Shown: piece after piece, positions 16,768 through 23,817 of the stretch
Layout: the number at the start of each line of letters is the position of its first letter
Position numbering within the stretch: position 1 is the stretch's first letter
Assembly: GCF_000446015.1 (NCBI RefSeq)
Contig: NC_022093.1
Coordinates: 990,001 to 1,022,000 of the forward strand
Length of the DNA stretch: 32,000 bases
From: Thermofilum adornatum
Lineage (GTDB): Archaea; Thermoproteota; Thermoprotei; Thermofilales; Thermofilaceae
Reading direction: 5' to 3'
Position numbers and translations under genes: made by a program
Notes under the pieces: model-generated
Databases searched by the model: none
What the model was told of the DNA's origin: nothing
Seen by the model: only the letters and a program-made list of their open reading frames with translations

Positions 16768-17304
16768 ATGAACCAGAAAGAGAAGAAGGTCAGCTTGAAG
16801 ATCCCCGAAGATATTCATCAGCTAGTGACGAATTATTCAATAAGCAACAACATCGGCTTTGAAGAAGCTGTTATAGAACTACTAAAAAAAGGCTACGAAT
16901 ACTCGGAACTGGAGAAAAAATATGACAAATACATACATGACAGGGAAGTATGGGACAGAAGATACTATTTTCTCAAAGTCGAATCGGCATACATCTATTA
17001 CAGGCTTAAACTTAGAGACATCTACGAGGAAATGAAGTCACTAGCTATGACTCTTTCTAGCGTCGTAAGTACCCTTGAACATTTACTCCAACGGTACGGT
17101 ATTAAGGATCAAAACATGGATAATTATTTGGACAAGATGCATGCAACTGTCAAATATTATCTGGATCAATATGTTCTTGCCTCTAGGAAAGAGGAAAACT
17201 CCCCCGAAATAAATGATGCAGAAGTAATACAGTCCATCGAAGAGACTCTTCAAAAATACAAGAGTATTCTGGGAAGAGAGCAAAATAACACAAGTGAAAG
17301 GTGA
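16768..17304 (+). CDS. hypothetical protein with N-terminal ribbon-helix-helix-like segment and helical C-terminal domain
   Basis: KVSLKIPEDIHQLVTNYSISNNIGFEEAVIELLKKG fits a strand-helix-helix (CopG/Arc-like) pattern. The remaining ~130 aa are helical and Tyr/charge-rich. A TTTTTTAT box lies about 30 nt upstream of the ATG. Confidence 0.5.
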   Translation: MNQKEKKVSLKIPEDIHQLVTNYSISNNIGFEEAVIELLKKGYEYSELEKKYDKYIHDREVWDRRYYFLKVESAYIYYRLKLRDIYEEMKSLAMTLSSVVSTLEHLLQRYGIKDQNMDNYLDKMHATVKYYLDQYVLASRKEENSPEINDAEVIQSIEETLQKYKSILGREQNNTSER

Positions 17305-17308
17305 CAAA

Positions 17309-18016
17309 ATGCTTCTCAAAAAGCCTAGGACGAGCGAAAAAGACGTAATCTACTTGGCACTTGTCGACTCAATATCAAAGGGCGGATGCCCCATCTGCAG
17401 AACGCTAGAAAAATCTGAAAACAACCTCATATGGATAATCCTATACGAGCACGTAAATGACCCATACGTAAGGGAAAAAATAAACAAAGGAAACGGTCTT
17501 TGCGGGTATCACTATAAAAAAGTCATAGAGATGGCTAAGCAAGACCCCCTAATAGGAGGCTTGGGACCCGCAATCATAGTGGAAGACTTGTTAAGCAGAT
17601 TTGTAGAAAGCATAAATACGGATACTCCACTTTCAACGAAATGTTACATATGCTCTGAGCTCGAGAAAACTGAGGAGTCTTACATTGCCTCTTTTGTCTC
17701 TAAGCTAGATACGACAAACTTGCTTAGCCGTTACGAAAGTAACCCAGAATCGATACTCTGCTACAAACACTTTATGGAGATATATTCAAGGCTCCCCGAA
17801 GCAACCGCTCAGAAACTGAAAGAAATACAGCTAAAGAAACTAAACAGTCTTTTGGGCGAGCTTCGTTCCTACATAGAAAAGCACGACTACAGATACATTG
17901 GAACAATTACCGAGAACGAGGCAAAGTCGTGGACGAAAGCCATCGAGGCACTGGTTGGATCCGGCTGGTCAGCACTGTTCCAGCTCAAGCCTAAAGGAAA
18001 ACACTCAAAGCAATGA
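17309..18016 (+). CDS. hypothetical zinc-binding protein with duplicated CxxC...LCxxH module
   Basis: Two internally homologous modules: GCPICRTLEKSE...(34 aa)...LCGYHYKK and KCYICSELEKTE...(34 aa)...LCYKHFME. ATG 17309 lies 4 nt after AGGTGA (17299-17304), which contains the upstream TGA, so the gene is translationally coupled to 16768-17304. The track's GTG 17294 start is probably over-extended. Confidence 0.55.
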   Translation: MLLKKPRTSEKDVIYLALVDSISKGGCPICRTLEKSENNLIWIILYEHVNDPYVREKINKGNGLCGYHYKKVIEMAKQDPLIGGLGPAIIVEDLLSRFVESINTDTPLSTKCYICSELEKTEESYIASFVSKLDTTNLLSRYESNPESILCYKHFMEIYSRLPEATAQKLKEIQLKKLNSLLGELRSYIEKHDYRYIGTITENEAKSWTKAIEALVGSGWSALFQLKPKGKHSKQ

Positions 18017-18183
18017 TTATTTGAAGTTCCAATATTATCAGAGGCTATGTTCATGTTACATGGTCTTCCGCCAATAATCTTGTTCTGGCGGGAAGAAAGC
18101 ACAAAAAGAGAGATTTAACAAAGCATATTAAGTGAGCCTTATTTTAAGTCGGCGGCTTTAGAAGTCGTTGGAGGTGGCTATAT

Positions 18184-19113
18184 ATGCTGACTAAGTCGTT
18201 GACCAGAATTAACCTGGACGCTGTTATAAAATACGTTTTATCAAAGCAGGGCAGTGATGGGGGCTACCTGTCCTTCCAGTACCTAGACATGTTTGAGTCC
18301 TCGGCTGAGGATACCTACTACGCTCTTTCGATCTTAGAGACTTTGGGCGTAGAGCCTCCCCGTAGAGATAGGGCGGTAGAATTTTTGAGGCACCTACAGC
18401 ACGAGGATGGGACTTATAGTAGTGTCGAAGTTGCATTTTATTCGATAATGGCTTTATCTTTGCTTGGTGCTTCTCCGAGAGACCCTAGGGGCGCATCAGA
18501 GTATCTAATGAAGGCGTTAGCCTCAAACATGAATGGGGATTATATTCTCCCAAGTTTCGAGGCAGAACAGCTGATAGATGAGTCAGGCGTTCTCAAATCT
18601 AAAGATGCAACTTTTACTTTGACTTCAGCAGACTTGACACCTGTCCCAATTAGGACGTCGATGATTGTTCTCGCACTTCACAAGCTGGGAGGCCTCGATG
18701 GAGAAGCGGAAGAAAAAGCATACCCATTATTAAAAGATGCATTGAGCAATGGTGGCTTAGGTACGCCGGTCTCCTTAGAGGTGGCCTACTGGGCACTTGA
18801 GGCTCTCTCGACTGTTGATCATTTACCAGAGACAAGTAATCTCGTTAAGTGGATCTATGCATGTGAAAATATAGATGGAGGATTTAGCTCTACACCGGGC
18901 TCGAAGACCGCATTTATTGAAAACCTCTACTACGCGTTGCGTTCCTTAGAAATACTTGGGTCTAGGCCCAAGTACGTCTCAAGCCATCTCGAATACGTAA
19001 CAAGTCTTCAGAACGCTAACGGCGGGTTTAGACGCTCAAGAGAGCTTGGAGCATCGGCACTAGACTATACATTCCATGCTGTCAAGAGCCTTGTTCTTCT
19101 CGAGTCGCTATAA
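18184..19113 (+). CDS. prenyltransferase / terpene-cyclase-type alpha/alpha-toroid repeat protein
   Basis: About six spaced repeats of the Q/N-x-x-D/N-G-G-F/Y type: KQGSDGGY, QHEDGTY, NMNGDY, SNGGLG, ENIDGGF and QNANGGF. Each is followed by a YYAL/YWAL-type helix. GGAGGTG (18170-18176) lies 7 nt upstream of the ATG. Confidence 0.7.
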   Translation: MLTKSLTRINLDAVIKYVLSKQGSDGGYLSFQYLDMFESSAEDTYYALSILETLGVEPPRRDRAVEFLRHLQHEDGTYSSVEVAFYSIMALSLLGASPRDPRGASEYLMKALASNMNGDYILPSFEAEQLIDESGVLKSKDATFTLTSADLTPVPIRTSMIVLALHKLGGLDGEAEEKAYPLLKDALSNGGLGTPVSLEVAYWALEALSTVDHLPETSNLVKWIYACENIDGGFSSTPGSKTAFIENLYYALRSLEILGSRPKYVSSHLEYVTSLQNANGGFRRSRELGASALDYTFHAVKSLVLLESL

Positions 19114-19192
19114 AAATCTCTTTAGTTCTTGAGTAGAATCTCTTGATATGTAGAGATATTGTTGACTGTGTAAAGACTAGTAACTAACACAC

Positions 19193-19202
19193 CTATTTAT
19201 AC
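19193..19202 (+). promoter_or_regulatory. TATA-like box for the DUF92/TMEM19 gene
   Basis: CTATTTATAC is centred about 29 nt upstream of GTG 19226, with no SD motif. Confidence 0.4.
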
Positions 19203-19225
19203 CCAGCAAATCTTCATCAAGGTTT

Positions 19226-20050
19226 GTGATAATTGAAGAAGTCTCACGTTTCCTGATCGGTATACTGATCGGCATACCCCTCGGGGCCTATGCATACAAG
19301 AAGTCCTACCTCGAGAAGAAGGCGGCAGTTTTAAGCATACTTTTTTCTGGTGTCTACCTCTTGGCGGGTGTTGGTGTCTTTATTACCTCGCTCTTCTTCT
19401 TTTTCTCTTCATCTATGCTAACCAGGCTCAACTTCGAATATAAGAGAAGCATAGGCGCCTCTGAGAAGGAAAGCGGCAGAAGCCTGGCACAAGTAATTGG
19501 TGCAGGTGGAGTTGCAGCTCTGTTCTCTGTTCTCTACGTATTCTCCCCTCATAACATAGGTAACGCGTTACTTGTCGGAGTCTACGTAGCTATAGCTTCC
19601 TCAAATGCAGACACATGGGCGGCAGAAATAGGTTCCCTCTCCAAATCAAAGCCGAGACTAATCACGAGGCCTTCACAGGTCGTAGAGGCGGGCACGTCCG
19701 GCGGTGTGACGTTGCTGGGCACCTTTGGCTCTCTTTTGGGGTCATTTCTGACTGCCGCTGTAGCCATGGTTATAAGTATGGTTGAGCATCCAACGCTAGC
19801 AAAGATCGAGATATTTTCCGTGATATTCATATTGGGGTGGCTGGGAGAAGTCGTCGATTCACTAGTTGGTGCGACACTTCAGGTAAAATACTATTGTCCA
19901 AAGTGCAACACATTGACAGATAAGAGGATCCACGGGTGCGGAAGCGAAACAATTCATGTATCTGGATACACCTATATCACGAACGAGGTTACAAACATCA
20001 TCGCGACATCTGTAGTAAGCATAGTGGCCATAGCATTAGAGCTCCTCTAG
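19226..20050 (+). CDS. TMEM19/DUF92-family integral membrane protein (VTE6-like isoprenyl-phosphate kinase superfamily)
   Basis: Multi-pass membrane protein with the family blocks SSNADTWAAEIGS and EAGTSGGVTLLGT. A CPKCNTLTDKRIHGC cysteine/histidine insertion precedes the last TM helix. Confidence 0.7.
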   Translation: MIIEEVSRFLIGILIGIPLGAYAYKKSYLEKKAAVLSILFSGVYLLAGVGVFITSLFFFFSSSMLTRLNFEYKRSIGASEKESGRSLAQVIGAGGVAALFSVLYVFSPHNIGNALLVGVYVAIASSNADTWAAEIGSLSKSKPRLITRPSQVVEAGTSGGVTLLGTFGSLLGSFLTAAVAMVISMVEHPTLAKIEIFSVIFILGWLGEVVDSLVGATLQVKYYCPKCNTLTDKRIHGCGSETIHVSGYTYITNEVTNIIATSVVSIVAIALELL

Positions 20051-20112
20051 CTTTTTACAAGCACTCAAGGTAAAAGTTTAATTATACACAGGCATAAATT
20101 AATTTGGGCAAG

Positions 20113-21369
20113 ATGAGGAAGAAAAGTTTTCGGCTGTTCCTCTTTATTCTAATTACATTTATTCTAGTTTTTATAACTCTTTCCCGGGAAAACCCGCAAA
20201 CAGTCGTTATAGTTGAGTTAAAAAGCAGGATAGACGAGGGGACCTACTACCTTGTAAAGAGAGGCGTTGAGTCGGCAAAAGGAGGCATACTTATCCTTGT
20301 AATCGATAGCTATGGAGGCTACCTGGACTCAATGGATAAAATCATCAACCTGTTAGTTTCATCGGATATAAAAACAATCTCCTGGATTCCACCAGGAGGG
20401 AAAGCCGCATCCGCAGCCGCAGTAATAGCGATGGCTACAGACAAACTCTACATGGGTAAAGGCTCAGTTATCGGCTCCATAAAGCCTTACCCAGACGATC
20501 CAAAAACTGTTGAATACATGGTGGCCAGGGTTTCAAGTCTTCTGTCCAAGAAGGGCGTAAATGATTCAAGGGGTATAGCTGAACGACTGGTAAAGGGAGC
20601 AGAAAGCTTTACAGAGAGTGAGGCCTCTGCACTAGGGATAACCCAAGGTAATGCTAACAGTATTGAGGAGCTTTTGTCAAAGGAAAACCTGCAGACAGCA
20701 GAAAAAGTCTATGTTTCAGGAGACGTTGTAAGCGACTTTCTATCCATAATTCTGGATCCGGCAGTCGCGATCCTGCTCCTGCTACTAGGAGTTTTACTTA
20801 TTTTCCTTGAGCTAAAGGTGACAGGCTTCCAGGGCTGGGGCATACTTGGAGCAGCCTTCATAATCATTGCACTTTATACCTTCAACGTCACGGGAATAAA
20901 TATTACCACATTTGTCCTCAGCATACTGGGGATAGCCCTAGTATTTCTCGAGTTCAAGAAGCCGGGCATTCAGCTTGCGGGCGTATCAGGAATAGCCCTA
21001 ATAATCATTGCACTAATTTTTGAATACTTGTCGAGACCTTACCCAATGTTTTCCCCCAGCATAACAATTGTCTCTATCGGTCTCTTACTCATAGTTATCC
21101 TGCTAGCATTCGTAATCGCAAAAGCGCTCGAAACACTAAAAATGAAGACGCCTACGCTTCAAGACAAACTCATGGGAAAAGTTGGCTATGCCAAAACAGC
21201 TATTCCCAGGGGAGGAAGAGGAATAGTTTATGTCGAGGGAGAAGACTGGACAGCCGAATCGGATACCGACATCCCCCAGGGAAGCAGAGTTATTGTGAGA
21301 GGCATAGAAAACCTCATACTCAAAGTAGAGCCCTTAGGCGGGCAAGGAAAAGAACCCACTAAAGAATAA
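20113..21369 (+). CDS. nfeD: membrane-bound NfeD/STOPP serine protease (ClpP-class N-domain, TM core, C-terminal OB-fold)
   Basis: LVIDSYGGYLDSMDKI and PPGGKAASAAAVIAMA form the Ser-protease domain. It also has several TM helices and the C-terminal NfeD domain GKVGYAKTAI...VYVEGEDWTAESD...VIVRGIENLILKVEPL. ATG 20113 is preferred to the track's TTG 20104. Confidence 0.85.
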   Translation: MRKKSFRLFLFILITFILVFITLSRENPQTVVIVELKSRIDEGTYYLVKRGVESAKGGILILVIDSYGGYLDSMDKIINLLVSSDIKTISWIPPGGKAASAAAVIAMATDKLYMGKGSVIGSIKPYPDDPKTVEYMVARVSSLLSKKGVNDSRGIAERLVKGAESFTESEASALGITQGNANSIEELLSKENLQTAEKVYVSGDVVSDFLSIILDPAVAILLLLLGVLLIFLELKVTGFQGWGILGAAFIIIALYTFNVTGINITTFVLSILGIALVFLEFKKPGIQLAGVSGIALIIIALIFEYLSRPYPMFSPSITIVSIGLLLIVILLAFVIAKALETLKMKTPTLQDKLMGKVGYAKTAIPRGGRGIVYVEGEDWTAESDTDIPQGSRVIVRGIENLILKVEPLGGQGKEPTKE

Positions 21370-21408
21370 AAGATATATTAAAGTGGCTAGATTAAAAAAC
21401 GAAAAACC

Positions 21409-22281
21409 ATGGACCCAGTAACACTAATACTCCTCTTCGTTTTGCTCTTCGTCTTTGTATGGATAATTGCAAGCTATATAAGAATAGTTCCAGAGTACCA
21501 GCGCCTCGTCGTACTAAGGCTTGGACGCGTAGTCAGGATAGCGGGGCCAGGACTAGTATTCCTCGTCCCATTTATAGAGCAGGGCATAACGGTCGACCTT
21601 AGGGAACAATATATAGAAGTAACAAAGCAGACATGTATTACAAGGGACAATGCTCCAGTAGACATAGATTTCCTCATCTATTTTAAAGTAATAGATCCAA
21701 AGAGGAGCGTCGTAGAGGTTTCTGACTTCCGCGGTGCAGCAGTAGGAATAGCTACTACTACCCTCAGGGCCGTCGTTGGGGATATAGAGCTGGATCAAGT
21801 ACTTGCCAAGAGAGAATACATAAACGAGGTTCTACGCGAAAAACTAGACGAAGTGACCGCCCGGTGGGGCGTGAAGGTAACTGCGGTGGAAATACGGGAA
21901 ATACTCCCGCCAAGAGAAGTCCAAGACGCAATGATCAAGCAGATGTCCGCAGAGAGGAACAGGAGAGCAATGGTTACAGAGGCGGAAGGAAAACGGGAAG
22001 CCGCAATAAAGGTGGCACAGGGAGAAAAAGAAGCAATGATACTTAAGGCTGAAGGAGAGAAACAGGCAGCGATTCTTAGGGCTGAGGGAGCAGCGCTGGC
22101 ACTGAAGTATCTAGATGACCAGGCAAAACTCATAGACGAGAAAACCCTGATGCTCCAGTACTTCACAACCCTCAAGGATATTGCTTCCTCGCCTTCAACC
22201 AAATTTGTACTACCCCTAGAACTCTTCAAGTTCCTAAAGCCTTTCGAAGAAATGATAGAGAAAAGGACTACAAAAGAATAA
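21409..22281 (+). CDS. stomatin/prohibitin-family SPFH-domain membrane protein
   Basis: An N-terminal hydrophobic hairpin is followed by the SPFH core IVPEYQRLVVLRLGRVVRIAGPGLVFLVPFIE...VDIDFLIYFKVIDP. An A/E/K-rich coiled coil follows. It sits immediately downstream of nfeD, as in the Pyrococcus PH1510/PH1511 pair. Confidence 0.9.
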   Translation: MDPVTLILLFVLLFVFVWIIASYIRIVPEYQRLVVLRLGRVVRIAGPGLVFLVPFIEQGITVDLREQYIEVTKQTCITRDNAPVDIDFLIYFKVIDPKRSVVEVSDFRGAAVGIATTTLRAVVGDIELDQVLAKREYINEVLREKLDEVTARWGVKVTAVEIREILPPREVQDAMIKQMSAERNRRAMVTEAEGKREAAIKVAQGEKEAMILKAEGEKQAAILRAEGAALALKYLDDQAKLIDEKTLMLQYFTTLKDIASSPSTKFVLPLELFKFLKPFEEMIEKRTTKE

Positions 22282-22300
22282 AAATTATTTTTCTTTCTTT
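22282..22300. terminator. interlocked oligo-T tracts between convergent genes
   Basis: The plus strand has TTTTTCTTTCTTT (22288-22300) right after the stomatin TAA (22279-22281). The minus strand has TTTTTATTCTTTT right after the TAA at 22285-22287. Archaeal termination typically uses oligo-T runs. Confidence 0.35.
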
Positions 22301-22989
22301 ACTTCTCCCTGAATGCTTCCAACAATATCTGCTTTACCCCTCAAGACAATTTCCTTAGCTACAATGTTTCCCTTTATGATTACGTCTTCCACGGTAACGC
22401 TGTCCGCTGAGATCTCTCTAGCCTCCAATATTGGTAGAGCATGGCGTCTCAAAGCATATTTAAGTATCTTTCCAAGAGACAGCATATTTTCGCCTCGGGA
22501 AGGCCTAACTGTAATCCTTTTTGCAACTATTTTTTCAGCAACAGCTTCCTCTGATATTTCAAAGAATGCCTCCTCGGCCTCAACGCTCTCTGCCTTAAAG
22601 CTCCCAGAGACATGTAATATTCTAGCCTTTATCCCATAGGACTTCAGTGCGCCAGCAATCTTTACCTCGTTTCCCTCGATGGAGCCGCTTATAGAAATAG
22701 ACCCGGCAGACTTGAAAAGGTCACTTTTAACATTGCCCTCTATCTTGCACGAACCAGCACACTTGAAAAATTGTGCCGTTACGTCTCCCATGAAGCGTGC
22801 AGACCCGGAAACCTTTATTTCCTCCGCTTCTACATTTCCTGTCACCTTTCCCGAGCCAGAGATGGATATCCTATTGTATTTGCCGCCAGCAACCACACCG
22901 CTACCGGCAATATGAACACTGTCAACCTTGCTAGAAGCCGTGGATTGTCCGCGAAGAGTCCTCTCATACTTGTCGAATAGCTCTGCCAT
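22285..22989 (-). CDS. bactofilin-like (DUF583-type) beta-helical repeat protein
   Basis: Successive ~18-20-aa windings: HIAGSGVVAGGKYNRISISGSGKVTGNVEAEEIKVSGSARFMGDVTAQFFKCAGSCKIEGNVKSDLFKSAGSISISGSIEGNEVKIAG.... A second short repeat block lies at the C-terminus (VIIKGNIVAKEIVLRGKADIVGSIQGEV). The start is ATG 22989 (or GTG 22992 as in the track), overlapping the TGA of the upstream 45-aa ORF. Confidence 0.6.
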   Translation of the reverse strand: MAELFDKYERTLRGQSTASSKVDSVHIAGSGVVAGGKYNRISISGSGKVTGNVEAEEIKVSGSARFMGDVTAQFFKCAGSCKIEGNVKSDLFKSAGSISISGSIEGNEVKIAGALKSYGIKARILHVSGSFKAESVEAEEAFFEISEEAVAEKIVAKRITVRPSRGENMLSLGKILKYALRRHALPILEAREISADSVTVEDVIIKGNIVAKEIVLRGKADIVGSIQGEVKKEK

Positions 22990-23126
22990 CACTTGACACC
23001 TGCCTCTTGCAGAATTTCCTTGATTTCCGTGAGCACATTCTTTATCTCTCTAAGCCTCTTCTGGATAAGCTCCTCAACTTCCTCGTCTGACAAGTCTTTA
23101 TACTTCAATTCTTTCTCTGAACTCAT
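22989..23126 (-). CDS. 45-aa acidic helical peptide (not in the ORF track)
   Basis: The minus strand reads ATG AGT TCA GAG ... GTC AAG TGA, giving MSSEKELKYKDLSDEEVEELIQKRLREIKNVLTEIKEILQEAGVK. Its ATG (23124-23126) overlaps the upstream TGA (23123-25) in an ATGA junction. Its TGA (22989-91) overlaps the downstream ATG in a TGATG junction. It exactly fills the only gap in the operon. Confidence 0.5.
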   Translation of the reverse strand: MSSEKELKYKDLSDEEVEELIQKRLREIKNVLTEIKEILQEAGVK

Positions 23127-23497
23127 ACAGCCATACCCTCCTTTAGCAGGTCTCTTATTTCCTCTAGAAGCCTCTTTATCTCGTCAAGCTCTTCCAGCAT
23201 AGCCCTCTGACGAGCCCTATAGATTCTCATTTTCTCTTCAATTTCTCTTAATTCGCGTCTCTTTCTGTCAACATCTCCAGTGGAGACAAACGGTTCTGTG
23301 AAACCGAAAGCAATCGAGAAAAATGCTAGGGTCCCGCCGGCCCCCATGCTGACTAAAACTATAATCGCGCCGAACAGCGTGTCAAGTGTCTTGTTGGATA
23401 CAGCCTGGATAACGTTGTAAGGTATCCAAACGAGCAGAATTAATGATATAATAATACCGACTACAACTGCATAGTTAGGGACTCTCAAGCTTCTCAC
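23123..23497 (-). CDS. small membrane protein: two TM helices plus charged C-terminal coiled coil
   Basis: Two hydrophobic segments (YAVVVGIIISLILLVWIPY and LFGAIIVLVSMGAGGTLAFFSIAFGF) are followed by DRKRRELREIEEKMRIYRARQRAMLEELDEIKRLLEEIRDLLKEG. The start (GTG 23497 or TTG 23488, after GGTGAG) overlaps the 3' end of the ArsR-like gene. Confidence 0.6.
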   Translation of the reverse strand: MRSLRVPNYAVVVGIIISLILLVWIPYNVIQAVSNKTLDTLFGAIIVLVSMGAGGTLAFFSIAFGFTEPFVSTGDVDRKRRELREIEEKMRIYRARQRAMLEELDEIKRLLEEIRDLLKEGMAV

Positions 23498-23780
23498 CTA
23501 TTTTCCTTAAAATCTCTCCAGAGATAACAAGCTGGAAGTCGTTTAGACGATACACTTTCTTTGTTCTAGGCCCCTCAACATAGCTCCCGGATATAAAGCC
23601 TGCCTTCTCGAGAAGATTCAGATGCAAGTGGGTCAATGGGTAAGACAGCTTCAGGTACTTGGAGAGCTCGTAGGCATAGCGTGGCCTTACAGCGATAAGG
23701 GCAAGCATCTTAAGCCTTATAGGGTTCGCTAGCACCTGCAACACCTCTGACAGTTTTTCTGCATCTTCAACATTTGCCAT
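23475..23780 (-). CDS. ArsR/SmtB-family winged-helix transcriptional regulator
   Basis: LANPIRLKMLALIAVRPRYAYELSKYLKLSYPLTHLHLNLLEKAGFI is the canonical ArsR wHTH core. 101 aa. Confidence 0.8.
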   Translation of the reverse strand: MANVEDAEKLSEVLQVLANPIRLKMLALIAVRPRYAYELSKYLKLSYPLTHLHLNLLEKAGFISGSYVEGPRTKKVYRLNDFQLVISGEILRKIGEKLESP

Positions 23781-23808
23781 TCACCATCAAATTATTAATC
23801 CAGAACTG

Positions 23809-23817
23809 ATATATAAA
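23809..23817 (-). promoter_or_regulatory. TATA-like box for the ArsR-led operon
   Basis: The minus strand reads TTTATATAT, centred about 33 nt upstream of ATG 23780. Confidence 0.4.

Noticed and set aside
16768-18016. Reading the RHH protein plus its downstream partner as a type II toxin-antitoxin pair
   Set aside because: The RHH fold is common in antitoxins. However, both proteins are far larger than typical TA components, the partner has no recognisable toxin fold (PIN, RelE, MazF, HEPN, etc.), and it looks like a structural zinc protein.
18047-18118. 23-aa ORF (MFMLHGLPPIILFWREESTKREI) in the 18017-18183 spacer
   Set aside because: It has no SD or TATA signal at a suitable distance, is very short, and its sequence is largely dictated by the GC-rich hairpin it contains. 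It is reported only as an RNA-structure observation.
22993-23202. 69-aa plus-strand ORF listed in the gap of the ArsR-led operon
   Set aside because: It is Ser/Leu/Phe low-complexity and antisense to the coiled-coil tail. The minus-strand 45-aa ORF, with overlap junctions on both sides, explains the spacing better.
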